This document shows, one piece after another, positions 27,201 through 42,200 of a stretch of 64,000 nucleotides of DNA (the stretch's first letter is position 1; each line of letters opens with the position of its first letter). Both the position numbers and the translations under genes were made by a program. This stretch comes from Auanema rhodensis (taxonomy: Eukaryota > Animalia > Nematoda). The stretch spans positions 7,192,001 to 7,256,000 of the forward strand of contig OZ059896.1 in assembly GCA_964057225.1 (NCBI GenBank), read 5' to 3'. The notes below the pieces were generated by a model. That model saw only the letters and a program-made list of their open reading frames with translations. It was not told the origin of the DNA and searched no databases.

Positions 27201-30200
27201 GTGAATATTTTAATTTGATCATAGTTGCTAATCTTGGAGTAAAGCGAACAATCACCGGGCACAACGTGACTACAGCCTGAACTTTTTTGAGAACAATTCT
27301 TGTGGATGGGGTCGAGATAAACCCTTTTTCCAGAAAACAGAAAGGTCCTCGTCAATTCTCTTTCAGAAATTCAGAATCTACACATCTGAATACCCAACCT
27401 GTGAATATTTTAATTTGATCATAGTTGCTAATCTTGGAGTAAAGTGAACAATCACCGGGCACAACGTGACTACAGCCTGAACTTTTTTGTGAACAATTCT
27501 TGTGGATGGGGTCGATATAAACCCTTTTTCCGGTAAATAGAAAGGTCCTCGTCAATTCTCTTTTAGAAATTCAGAATCTACACATCTGAATACCCAACCT
27601 GTGAATATTTTAATTTGATCATAGTTGCTAATCTTGGAGTAAAGTGAACAATCACCGGGCACAACGTGACTACAGCCTGAACTTTTTTGTGAACAATTCT
27701 TGTGGATGGGGTCGATATAAACCCTTTTTCCGGTAAATAGAAAGGTCCTCGTCAATTCTCTTTCAGAAATTCAGAATCTACACATCTGAATACCCAACCT
27801 GTGAATATTTTAATTTGATCATAGTTGCAAATCTTGAAGTAAAGTGAACAATCACCGGGCACAACGTGACTACAGCCTGAACTTTTTTGTGAACAATTCT
27901 TGTGGATGGGGTCGATATAAACCCTTTTTCCGGTAAATAGAAAGGTCCTCGTCAATTCTCTTTCAGAAATTCAGAATCTACACATCTGAATACCCAACCT
28001 GTGAATATTTTAATTTGATCATAGTTGCTAATCTTGGAGTGAAGCGAACAATCACCGGGCACAACTTGACTACAGCCTGAACTTTTTTGTGAACAATTCT
28101 TGTGGATGGGGTCGAGAAAAACAATTTTTCCGTAAAATAGAAAGGTCCTCGTCAATTCTCTTTCAGAAATTCAGAATCTACACATCTGAATACCCAACCT
28201 GTGAATATTTTAATTTGATCATAGTTGCAAATCTTGGAGTAAAGTGAACAATCACCGGGCACAACGTGACTACAGCCTGAACTTTTTTGTGAACAATTCT
28301 TGTGGATGGGGTCGATATAAACAATTTTTCCGGAAAATAGAAAGGTCCTCGTCAATTCTCTTTCAGAAATTCAAAATCTACACATCTGAATACCCAACCT
28401 GTGAATATTTTAATTTGATCATAGTTGCTAATCTTGGAGTAAAGTGAACAATCACCGGGCACAACGTGACTACAGCCTGAACTTTTTTGTGAACAATTCT
28501 TGTGGATGGGGTCGATATAAACCCTTTTTCCGGAAAATAGAAAGGTCCTCGTCAATTCTCTTTCAGAAATTCAGAATCTACACATCTGAATACCCAACCT
28601 GTAAATATTTTAATTTGATCATAGTTGCTAATCTTGGAGTAAAGCTAACAATCACCGGGCACAACGTGACTACAGCCTGAACTTTTTTGTGAACAATTCT
28701 TGTGGATGGGGTCGAGATAAACAATTTTTCCGTAAAATAGAAAGGTCCTCGTCAATTTTCTTTCAGAAATTCAGAATCTACACATCTGAATACCCAACCT
28801 GTGAATATTTTAATTTGATCATAGTTGCTAATCTTGGAGTAAAGCGAACAATCACCGGGCACAACGTGACTACAGCCTGAACTTTTTTGAGAACAATTCT
28901 TGTGGATGGGGTCGAGATAAACCCTTTTTCCAGAAAACAGAAAGGTCCTCGTCAATTCTCTTTCAGAAATTCAGAATCTACACATCTGAATACCCAACCT
29001 GTGAATATTTTAATTTGATCATAGTTGCTAATCTTGGAGTAAAGTGAACAATCACCGGGCACAACGTGACTACAGCCTGAACTTTTTTGTGAACAATTCT
29101 TGTGGATGGGGTCGATATAAACCCTTTTTCCGGTAAATAGAAAGGTCCTCGTCAATTCTCTTTTAGAAATTCAGAATCTACACATCTGAATACCCAACCT
29201 GTGAATATTTTAATTTGATCATAGTTGCAAATCTTGGAGTAAAGTGAACAATCACCGGGCACAACGTGACTACAGCCTGAACTTTTTTGTGAACAATTCT
29301 TGTGGATGGGGTCGATATAAACCCTTTTTCCGGTAAATAGAAAGGTCCTCGTCAATTCTCTTTCAGAAATTCAGAATCTACACATCTGAATACCCAACCT
29401 GTGAATATTTTAATTTGATCATAGTTGCAAATCTTGGAGTAAAGTGAACAATCACCGGGCACAACGTGACTACAGCCTGAACTTTTTTGTGAACAATTCT
29501 TGTGGATGGGGTCGATATAAACCCTTTTTCCGGTAAATAGAAAGGTCCTCGTCAATTCTCTTTCAGAAATTCAGAATCTACACATCTGAACACCCAACCT
29601 GTGAATATTTTAATTTGATCATAGTTGCTAATCTTGGAGTGAAGCGAACAATCACCGGGCACAACTTGACTACAGCCTGAACTTTTTTGTGAACAATTCT
29701 TGTGGATGGGGTCGAGAAAAACAATTTTTCCGTAAAATAGAAAGGTCCTCGTCAATTCTCTTTCAGAAATTCAGAATCTACACATCTGAATACCCAACCT
29801 GTGAATATTTTAATTTGATCATAGTTGCTAATCTTGGAGTAAAGCGAACAATCACCGGGCACAACGTGACTACAGCCTGAACTTTTTTGTGAACAATTCT
29901 TGTGGATGGGGTCGAGATAAACAATTTTTCCGTAAAATAGAAAGGTCCTCGTCAATTCTCTTTCAGAAATTCAGAATCTACACATCTGAATACCCAACCT
30001 GTGAATATTTTAATTTGATCATAGTTGCAAATCTTGGAGTAAAGTGAACAATCACCGGGCACAACGTGACTACAGCCTGAACTTTTTTGTGAACAATTCT
30101 TGTGGATGGGGTCGATATAAACAATTTTTCCGGAAAATAGAAAGGTCCTCGTCAATTCTCTTTCAGAAATTCAAAATCTACACATCTGAATACCCAACCT

Positions 30201-33200
30201 GTGAATATTTTAATTTGATCATAGTTGCTAATCTTGGAGTAAAGTGAACAATCACCGGGCACAACGTGACTACAGCCTGAACTTTTTTGTGAACAATTCT
30301 TGTGGATGGGGTCGAGATAAACCCTTTTTCCAGAAAACAAAAAGGTCCTCGTCAATTCTCTTTCAGAAATTCAGAATCTACACATCTGAATACTCAACCT
30401 GTGAATATTTTAATTTGATCATAGTTGCAAATCTTGGAGTAAAGTGAACAATCACCGGGCACAACGTGACTACAGCCTGAACTTTTTTGTGAACAATTCT
30501 TGTGGATGGGATCGATATAAACCCTTTTTCCGGAAAATAGAAAGGTCTTCGTCAATTCTCTTTCAGAAATTCAGAATCTACACATCTGAATACCCAATCT
30601 GTGAATATTTTAATTTGATCATAGTTGCAAATCTTGGAGTAAAGTGAACAATCACCGGGCACAACGTGACTACAGCCTGAACTTTTTTGTGAACAATTCT
30701 TCTGGACGGGGTCGAGATAAACCCTTTTTCCAGAAAACAAAAAGGTCCTCGTCAATTCTCTTTCAGAAATTCAGAATCTACACATCTGAATACTCAACCT
30801 GTGAATATTTTAATTTGATCATAGTTGCAAATCTTGGAGTAAAGTGAACAATCACCGGGCACAACGTGACTACAGCCTGAACTTTTTTGTGAACAATTCT
30901 TGTGGATGGGATCGATATAAACCCTTTTTCCGTAAAATAGAAAGGTCTTCGTCAATTCTCTTTCAGAAATTCAGAATCTACACATCTGAATACCCAATCT
31001 GTGAATATTTTAATTTGATCATAGTTGCAAATCTTGGAGTAAAGTGAACAATCACCGGGCACAACGTGACTACAGCCTGAACTTTTTTGTGAACAATTCT
31101 TGTGGATGGGATCGATATAAACAATTTTTCCGGAAAATAGAAAGGTCCTCGTCCATTCTCTTTCAGAAATTCAGAATCTACACATCTGAATACTCAACCT
31201 GTGAATATTTTAATTTGATCATAGTTGCAAATCTTGGAGTAAAGTGAACAATCACCGGGCACAACGTGACTACAGCCTGAACTTTTTTGTGAACAATTCT
31301 TGTGGATGGGGTCGATATAAACCCTTTTTCCGGTAAATAGAAAGGTCCTCGTCAATTCTCTTTCAGAAATTCAGAATCTACACATCTGAATACCCAACCT
31401 GTGGATATTTTAATTTGATCATAGTTGCAAATCTTGGAGTAAAGTGAACAATCACCGGGCACAACGTGACTACAGCCTGAACTTTTTTGTGAACAATTCT
31501 TCTGGACGGGGTCGAGATAAAAACCTTTTTCCAGAAAACAAAAAGGTCCTCGTCAATTCTCTTTCAGAAATTCAGAATCTACACATCTGAATACTCAACC
31601 TGTGAATATTTTAATTTATCATAGTTGCAAATCTTGGAGTAAAGTGAACAATCACCGGGCACAACGTGACTACAGCCTGAACTTTTTTGTGAACAATTCT
31701 TGTGGATGGGGTCGATATAAACCCTTTTTCCAGAAAACAAAAAGGTCCTCGTCAATTCTCTTTCAGAAATTCAGAATCTACACATCTGAATACTCAACCT
31801 GTGAATATTTTAATTTGATCATAGTTGCAAATCTTGGAGTAAAGTGAACAATCACCGGGCACAACGTGACTACAGCCTGAACTTTTTTGTGAACAATTCT
31901 TGTGGATGGGGTCGATATAAACCCTTTTTCCAGAAAACAAAAAGGTCCTCGTCAATTCTCTTTCAGAAATTCAGAATCTACACATCTGAATACTCAACCT
32001 GTGAATATTTTAATTTGATCATAATTGCAAATCTTGGAGTAAACTGAAGAATCACCGGCCACAACGTGACTACAGCCTGAACTTTTTTGTGAACAATTCT
32101 TGTGGATGGGGTCGATATAAACCCTTTTTCCGGTAAATAGAAAGGTCCTCGTCAATTCTCTTTCAGAAATTCAGAATCTACACATCTGAATACCCAACCT
32201 GTGGATATTTTAATTTGATCATAGTTGCAAATCTTGGAGTAAAGTGAACAATCACCGGGCACAACGTGACTACAGCCTGAACTTTTTTGTGAACAATTCT
32301 TCTGGACGGGGTCGAGATAAACCCTTTTTCCAGAAAACAAAAAGGTCCTCGTCAATTCTCTTTCAGAAATTCAGAATCTACACATCTGAATACTCAACCT
32401 GTGAATATTTTAATTTGATCATAGTTGCAAATCTTGGAGTAAAGTGAACAATCACCGGGCACAACGTGACTACAGCCTGAACTTTTTTGTGAACAATTCT
32501 TGTGGATGGGGTCGATATAAACCCTTTTTCCAGAAAACAAAAAGGTCCTCGTCAATTCTCTTTCAGAAATTCAGAATCTACACATCTGAATACTCAACCT
32601 GTGAATATTTTAATTTGATCATAGTTGCAAATCTTGGAGTAAAGTGAACAATCACCGGGCACAACGTGACTACAGCCTGAACTTTTTTGTGAACAATTCT
32701 TGTGGATGGGGTCGATATAAACCCTTTTTCCAGAAAACAAAAAGGTCCTCGTCAATTCTCTTTCAGAAATTCAGAATCTACACATCTGAATACTCAACCT
32801 GTGAATATTTTAATTTGATCATAATTGCAAATCTTGGAGTAAACTGAAGAATCACCGGCCACAACGTGACTACAGCCTGAACTTTTTTGTGAACAATTCT
32901 TGTGGATGGGGTCGATATAAACAATTTTTCCGGAAAATAGAAAGGTCCTCGTCAATTCTCTTTCAGAAATTCAAAATCTACACATCTGAATACCCAACCT
33001 GTGAATATTTTAATTTGATCATAATTGCAAATCTTGGAGTAAAGTGAACAATCACCGGGCACAACGTGACTACAGCCTGAACTTTTTTGTGAACAATTCT
33101 TGTGGATGGGGTCGATATAAACAATTTTTCCGTAAAATAGAAAGGTCCTCCTCAATTTTCTTTCAGAAATTCAGAATCTACACATCTGAATACTCAACCT

Positions 33201-36200
33201 GTGAATATTTTAATTTGATCATAGTTGCAAATCTTGGAGTAAAGTGAACAATCACCGGGCACAACGTGACTACAGCCTGAACTTTTTTGTGAACAATTCT
33301 TCTGGACGGGGTCGAGATAAACCCTTTTTCCAGAAAACAGAAAGATCGTCGTCAATTCTCTTTCAGAAATTCAGAATCTACACATCTGAATACTCAATCT
33401 GTGAATATTTTAATTCGATCATAGTTGCAAATCTTGGAGTAAAGTGAACAATCACCGGGCACAACGTGACTACAGCCTGAACTTTTTTGTGAACAATTCT
33501 TGTGGATGGGGTCGAGATAAACCCTTTTTCCAGAAAACAGAAAGGTCCTCGTCAATTCTCTTTTAGAAATTCAGAATCTACACATCTGAATACTCAACCT
33601 GTGGATATTTTAATTTGATCATAGTTGCTAATCTTGGAGTAAAGTGAACAATCACCGGGCACAACGTGACTACAGCCTGAACTTTTTTGTGAACAATTCT
33701 TGTGGATGGGGTCGATATAAACCCTTTTTCCGGAAAATAGAAAGGTCCTCGTCAATTCTCTTTCAGAAATTCAGAATCTACACATCTGAATACCCAACCT
33801 GTGAATATTTTAATTTGATCATAGTTGCAAATCTTGGAGTAAAGTGAACAATCACCGGGCACAACGTGACTACAGCCTGAACTTTTTTGTGAACAATTCT
33901 TGTGGATGGGGTCGAGATAAACCCTTTTTCCAGAAAACAGAAAGGTCCTCGTCAATTCTCTTTTAGAAATTCAGAATCTACACATCTGAATACCCAACCT
34001 GTGAATATTTTGAGTTGATCATAGTTGCAAATCTTGGAGTAAAGTGAACAATCACCGGGCACAACGTGACTACAGCCTGAACTTTTTTGTGAACAATTCT
34101 TGTGGATGGGGTCGAGATAAACAATTTTTCCGTAAAATAGAAAGGTCCTCGTCAATTCTCTTTCAGAAATTCAGAATCTACACATCTGAATACCCAACCT
34201 GTGAATATTTTAATTTGATCATAGTTGCAAATCTTGGAGTAAAGTGAACAATCACCGGGCACAACGTGACTACAGCCTGAACTTTTTTGTGAACAATTCT
34301 TGTGGATGGGGTCGATATAAACAATTTTTCCGGAAAATAGAAAGGTCCTCGTCAATTCTCTTTCAGAAATTCAAAATCTACACATCTGAATACCCAACCT
34401 GTGAATATTTTAATTTGATCATAGTTGCTAATGTTGGAGTAAAGTGAACAATCACCGGGCACAACGTGACTACAGCCTGAACTTTTTTGTGAACAATTCT
34501 TCTGGACGGGGTCGAGATAAACCCTTTTTCCAGAAAACAGAAAGATCGTCGTCAATTCTCTTTCAGAAATTCAGAATCTACACATCTGAATACCCAACCT
34601 GTGAATATTTTAATTTGATCATAGTTGCTAATGTTGGAGTAAAGTGAACAATCACCGGGCACAACGTGACTACAGCCTGAACTTTTTTGTGAACAATTCT
34701 TGTGGATGGGGTCGATATAAACAATTTTTCCGGAAAATAGAAAGGTCCTCGTCAATTTTCTTTCAGAAATTCAAAATCTACACATCTGAATACTCAACCT
34801 GTGAATATTTTAATTCGATCATAGTTGCAAATCTTGGAGTAAAGTGAACAATCACCGGGCACAACGTGACTACAGCCTGAACTTTTTTGTGAACAATTCT
34901 TGTGGATGGGGTCGAGATAAACCCTTTTTCCAGAAAACAGAAAGGTCCTCGTCAATTCTCTTTTAGAAATTCAGAATCTACACATCTGAATACTCAACCT
35001 GTGAATATTTTAATTTGATCATAGTTGCTAATGTTGGAGTAAAGTGAACAATCACCGGGCACAACGTGACTACAGCCTGAACTTTTTTGTGAACAATTCT
35101 TCTGGACGGGGTCGAGATAAACCCTTTTTCCAGAAAACAGAAAGGTCCTCGTCAATTCTCTTTTAGAAATTCAGAATCTACACATCTGAATACCCAACCT
35201 GTGAATATTTTGAGTTGATCATAGTTGCAAATCTTGGAGTAAAGTGAACAATCACCGGGCACAACGTGACTACAGCCTGAACTTTTTTGTGAACAATTCT
35301 TGTGGATGGGGTCGAGATAAACAATTTTTCCGTAAAATAGAAAGGTCCTCGTCAATTCTCTTTCAGAAATTCAGAATCTACACATCTGAATACCCAACCT
35401 GTGAATATTTTAATTTGATCATAGTTGCAAATCTTGGAGTAAAGTGAACAATCACCGGGCACAACGTGACTACAGCCTGAACTTTTTTGTGAACAATTCT
35501 TGTGGATGGGGTCGATATAAACCCTTTTTCCGGAAATAAGAAAGGTCCTCGTCAATTCTCTTTCAGAAATTCAAAATCTACACATCTGAATACCCAACCT
35601 GTGAATAATTTAATTTGATCATAGTTGCAAATCTTGGAGTAAAGTGAACAATCACCGGGCACAACGTGACTACAGCCTGAACTTTTTTGTGAACAATTCT
35701 TGTGGATGGGGTCGATATAAACAATTTTTCCGTAAAATAGAAAGGTCCTCGTCAATTCTCTTTCAGAAATTCAGAATCTACACATCTGAATACCCAACCT
35801 GTGAATATTTTAGTTTGATCATAGTTGCAAATCTTGGAGTAAAGTGAACAATCACCGGGCACAACGTGACTACAGCCTGAACTTTTTTGTGAACAATTCT
35901 TGTGGATGGGGTCGATATAAACCCTTTTTCCGGAAAATAGAAAGGTCCTCGTCAATTCTCTTTCAGAAATTCAGAATCTACACATCTGAATACCCAACCT
36001 GTGAATATTTTAGTTTGATCATAGTTGCAAATCTTGGAGTAAAGTGAACAATCACCGGGCACAACGTGACTACAGCCTGAACTTTTTTGTGAACAATTCT
36101 TGTGGATGGGGTCGATATAAACCCTTTTTCCGGAAAATAGAAAGGTCCTCGTCAATTCTCTTTCAGAAATTCAGAATCTACACATCTGAATACCCAACCT

Positions 36201-39200
36201 GTGAATATTTTAGTTTGATCATAGTTGCAAATCTTGGAGTAAAGTGAACAATCACCGGGCACAACGTGACTACAGCCTGAACTTTTTTGTGAACAATTCT
36301 TGTGGATGGGGTCGATATAAACAATTTTTCCGTAAAATAGAAAGGTCCTCGTCAATTCTCTTTCAGAAATTCAGAATCTACACATCTGAATACCCAACCT
36401 GTGAATATTTTAATTTGATCATAGTTGCAAATCTTAGAGTAAAGTGAACAATCACCGGGCACAACGTGACTACAGCCTGAACTTTTTTGTGAACAATTCT
36501 TGTGGATGGGGTCGATATAAACAATTTTTCCGTAAAATAGAAAGGTCCTCGTCAATTCTCTTTCAGAAATTCAGAATCTACACATCTGAATACCCAACCT
36601 GTGAATATTTTAATTTGATCATAGTTGCAAATCTTGGAGTAAAGTGAACAATCACCGGGCACAACGTGACTACAGCCTGAACTTTTTTGTGAACAATTCT
36701 TGTGGATGGGGTCGATATAAACAATTTTTCCGGAAAATAGAAAGGTCCTCGTCAATTTTCTTTTAGAAATTCAGAATCTACACATCTGAATACCCAATCT
36801 GTGAATATTTTAATTTGATCATAGTTGCAAATCTTGGAGTAAAGTGAACAATCACCGGGCACAACGTGACTACAGCCTGAACTTTTTTGTGAACAATTCT
36901 TGTGGATGGGGTCGATATAAACAATTTTTCCGTAAAATAGAAAGGTCCTCGTCAAATCTCTTTCAGAAATTCAGAATCTACACATCTGAATACCCAATCT
37001 GTGAATATTTTAATTTGATCATAGTTGCAAATCTTGGAGTAAAGTGAACAATCACCGGGCACAACGTGACTACAGCCTGAACTTTTTTGTGAACAATTCT
37101 TGTGGATGGGGTCCAGATAAACCCTTTTTCCGGAAAATAGAAAAGTCCTCGTCAATTTTCTTTTAGAAATTCAGAATCTACACATCTGAATACTCAACCT
37201 GTGAATATTTTAATTTGATCATAGTTGCAAATCTTGGAGTAAAGTGAACAATCACCGGGCACAACGTGACTACAGCCTGAACTTTTTTGTGAACAATTCT
37301 TGTGGATGGGGTCCAGATAAACCCTTTTTCCGGAAAATAGAAAAGTCCTCGTCAAATCTCTTTCAGAAATTCAGAATCTACACATCTGAATACCCAATCT
37401 GTGAATATTTTAATTTGATCATAGTTGCAAATCTTGGAGTAAAGTGAACAATCACCGGGCACAACGTGACTACAGCCTGAACTTTTTTGTGAACAATTCT
37501 TGTGGATGGGGTCCAGATAAACCCTTTTTCCGGAAAATAGAAAAGTCCTCGTCAATTTTCTTTTAGAAATTCAGAATCTACACATCTGAATACTCAACCT
37601 GTGAATATTTTAATTTGATCATAGTTGCAAATCTTGGAGTAAAGTGAACAATCACCGGGCACAACGTGACTACAGCCTGAACTTTTTTGTGAACAATTCT
37701 TGTGGATGGGGTCCAGATAAACCCTTTTTCCGGAAAATAGAAAAGTCCTCGTCAAATCTCTTTCAGAAATTCAGAATCTACACATCTGAATACCCAATCT
37801 GTGAATATTTTAATTTGATCATAGTTGCAAATCTTGGAGTAAAGTGAACAATCACCGGGCACAACGTGACTACAGCCTGAACTTTTTTGTGAACAATTCT
37901 TGTGGATGGGGTCGAGATAAACCCTTTTTCCAGAAAACAGAAAGGTCCTCGTCAATTCTCTTTTAGAAATTCAGAATCTACACATCTGAATACTCAACCT
38001 GTGAATATTTTAATTTGATCATAGTTGCTAATGTTGGAGTAAAGTGAACAATCACCGGGCACAACGTGACTACAGCCTGAACTTTTTTGTGAACAATTCT
38101 TCTGGACGGGGTCGAGATAAACCCTTTTTCCAGAAAACAGAAAGGTCCTCGTCAATTCTCTTTTAGAAATTCAGAATCTACACATCTGAATACCCAACCT
38201 GTGAATATTTTGAGTTGATCATAGTTGCAAATCTTGGAGTAAAGTGAACAATCACCGGGCACAACGTGACTACAGCCTGAACTTTTTTGTGAACAATTCT
38301 TGTGGATGGGGTCGAGATAAACAATTTTTCCGTAAAATAGAAAGGTCCTCGTCAATTTTCTTTTAGAAATTCAGAATCTACACATCTGAATACCCAATCT
38401 GTGAATATTTTAATTTGATCATAGTTGCAAATCTTGGAGTAAAGTGAACAATCACCGGGCACAACGTGACTACAGCCTGAACTTTTTTGTGAACAATTCT
38501 TGTGGATGGGGTCGATATAAACAATTTTTCCGGAAAATAGAAAGGTCCTCGTCAATTTTCTTTTAGAAATTCAGAATCTACACATCTGAATACCCAATCT
38601 GTGAATATTTTAATTTGATCATAGTTGCAAATCTTGGAGTAAAGTGAACAATCACCGGGCACAACGTGACTACAGCCTGAACTTTTTTGTGAACAATTCT
38701 TGTGGATGGGGTCGATATAAACAATTTTTCCGTAAAATAGAAAGGTCCTCGTCAAATCTCTTTCAGAAATTCAGAATCTACACATCTGAATACCCAATCT
38801 GTGAATATTTTAATTTGATCATAGTTGCAAATCTTGGAGTAAAGTGAACAATCACCGGGCACAACGTGACTACAGCCTGAACTTTTTTGTGAACAATTCT
38901 TGTGGATAGGGTCGATATAAACCCTTTTTCCGGAAAATAGAAAGGTCCTCGTCAATTTTCTTTTAGAAATTCAGAATCTACACATCTGAATACTCAACCT
39001 GTGAATATTTTAATTTGATCATAGTTGCAAATCTTGGAGTAAAGTGAACAATCACCGGGCACAACGTGACTACAGCCTGAACTTTTTTGTGAACAATTCT
39101 TGTGGATGGGGTCCAGATAAACCCTTTTTCCGGAAAATAGAAAAGTCCTCGTCAAATCTCTTTCAGAAATTCAGAATCTACACATCTGAATACCCATCCT

Positions 39201-42200
39201 GTGAATATTTTAATTTGATCATAGTTGCAAATCTTGGAGTAAAGTGAACAATCACCGGGCACAACGTGACTACAGCCTGAACTTTTTTGTGAACAATTCT
39301 TGTGGATGGGGTCCAGATAAACCCTTTTTCCGGAAAATAGAAAAGTCCTCGTCAAATCTCTTTCAGAAATTCAGAATCTACACATCTGAATACCCAATCT
39401 GTGAATATTTTAATTTGATCATAGTTGCAAATCTTGGAGTAAAGTGAACAATCACCGGGCACAACGTGACTACAGCCTGAACTTTTTTGTGAACAATTCT
39501 TGTGGATGGGGTCGATATAAACAATTTTTCCGGAAAATAGAAAGGTCCTCGTCAAATCTCTTTCAGAAATTCAGAATCTACACATCTGAATACCCAATCT
39601 GTGAATATTTTAATTTGATCATAGTTGCAAATCTTGGAGTAAAGTGAACAATCACCGGGCACAACGTGACTACAGCCTGAACTTTTTTGTGAACAATTCT
39701 TGTGGATGGGGTCGAGATAAACCCTTTTTCCAGAAAACAGAAAGGTCCTCGTCAATTCTCTTTTAGAAATTCAGAATCTACACATCTGAATACTCAACCT
39801 GTGAATATTTTAATTTGATCATAGTTGCTAATGTTGGAGTAAAGTGAACAATCACCGGGCACAACGTGACTACAGCCTGAACTTTTTTGTGAACAATTCT
39901 TCTGGACGGGGTCGAGATAAACCCTTTTTCCAGAAAACAGAAAGGTCCTCGTCAATTCTCTTTTAGAAATTCAGAATCTACACATCTGAATACCCAACCT
40001 GTGAATATTTTGAGTTGATCATAGTTGCAAATCTTGGAGTAAAGTGAACAATCACCGGGCACAACGTGACTACAGCCTGAACTTTTTTGTGAACAATTCT
40101 TGTGGATGGGGTCGATATAAACAATTTTTCCGGAAAATAGAAAGGTCCTCGTCAATTCTCTTTCAGAAATTCAGAATCTACACATCTGAATACCCAACCT
40201 GTGAATATTTTAATTTGATCATAGTTGCAAATCTTGGAGTAAAGTGAACAATCACCGGGCACAACGTGACTACAGCCTGAACTTTTTTGTGAACAATTCT
40301 TGTGGATGGGGTCGATATAAACAATTTTTCCGGAAAATAGAAAGGTCCTCGTCAATTTTCTTTTAGAAATTCAGAATCTACACATCTGAATACCCAATCT
40401 GTGAATATTTTAATTTGATCATAGTTGCAAATCTTGGAGTAAAGTGAACAATCACCGGGCACAACGTGACTACAGCCTGAACTTTTTTGTGAACAATTCT
40501 TGTGGATGGGGTCGATATAAACAATTTTTCCGTAAAATAGAAAGGTCCTCGTCAAATCTCTTTCAGAAATTCAGAATCTACACATCTGAATACCCAATCT
40601 GTGAATATTTTAATTTGATCATAGTTGCAAATCTTGGAGTAAAGTGAACAATCACCGGGCACAACGTGACTACAGCCTGAACTTTTTTGTGAACAATTCT
40701 TGTGGATAGGGTCGATATAAACCCTTTTTCCGGAAAATAGAAAGGTCCTCGTCAATTTTCTTTTAGAAATTCAGAATCTACACATCTGAATACTCAACCT
40801 GTGAATATTTTAATTTGATCATAGTTGCAAATCTTGGAGTAAAGTGAACAATCACCGGGCACAACGTGACTACAGCCTGAACTTTTTTGTGAACAATTCT
40901 TGTGGATGGGGTCCAGATAAACCCTTTTTCCGGAAAATAGAAAAGTCCTCGTCAAATCTCTTTCAGAAATTCAGAATCTACACATCTGAATACCCATCCT
41001 GTGAATATTTTAATTTGATCATAGTTGCAAATCTTGGAGTAAAGTGAACAATCACCGGGCACAACGTGACTACAGCCTGAACTTTTTTGTGAACAATTCT
41101 TGTGGATGGGGTCCAGATAAACCCTTTTTCCGGAAAATAGAAAAGTCCTCGTCAAATCTCTTTCAGAAATTCAGAATCTACACATCTGAATACCCAATCT
41201 GTGAATATTTTAATTTGATCATAGTTGCAAATCTTGGAGTAAAGTGAACAATCACCGGGCACAACGTGACTACAGCCTGAACTTTTTTGTGAACAATTCT
41301 TGTGGATGGGGTCGATATAAACAATTTTTCCGTAAAATAGAAAGGTCCTCGTCAAATCTCTTTCAGAAATTCAGAATCTACACATCTGAATACCCAATCT
41401 GTGAATATTTTAATTTGATCATAGTTGCAAATCTTGGAGTAAAGTGAACAATCACCGGGCACAACGTGACTACAGCCTGAACTTTTTTGTGAACAATTCT
41501 TGTGGATAGGGTCGATATAAACCCTTTTTCCGGAAAATAGAAAGGTCCTCGTCAATTTTCTTTTAGAAATTCAGAATCTACACATCTGAATACCCAACCT
41601 GTGAATATTTTAATTTGATCATAGTTGCAAATCTTGGAGTAAAGTGAACAATCACCGGGCACAACGTGACTACAGCCTGAACTTTTTTGTGAACAATTCT
41701 TGTGGATGGGGTCGATATAAACAATTTTTCCGTAAAATAGAAAGGTCCTCGTCAAATCTCTTTCAGAAATTCAGAATCTACACATCTGAATACCCAATCT
41801 GTGAATATTTTAATTTGATCATAGTTGCAAATCTTGGAGTAAAGTGAACAATCACCGGGCACAACGTGACTACAGCCTGAACTTTTTTGTGAACAATTCT
41901 TGTGGATGGGGTCCAGATAAACCCTTTTTCCGGAAAATAGAAAAGTCCTCGTCAAATCTCTTTCAGAAATTCAGAATCTACACATCTGAATACCCAATCT
42001 GTGAATATTTTAATTTGATCATAGTTGCAAATCTTGGAGTAAAGTGAACAATCACCGGGCACAACGTGACTACAGCCTGAACTTTTTTGTGAACAATTCT
42101 TGTGGATGGGGTCCAGATAAACCCTTTTTCCGGAAAATAGAAAAGTCCTCGTCAATTCTCTTTCAGAAATTCAGAATCTACACATCTGAATACCCATCCT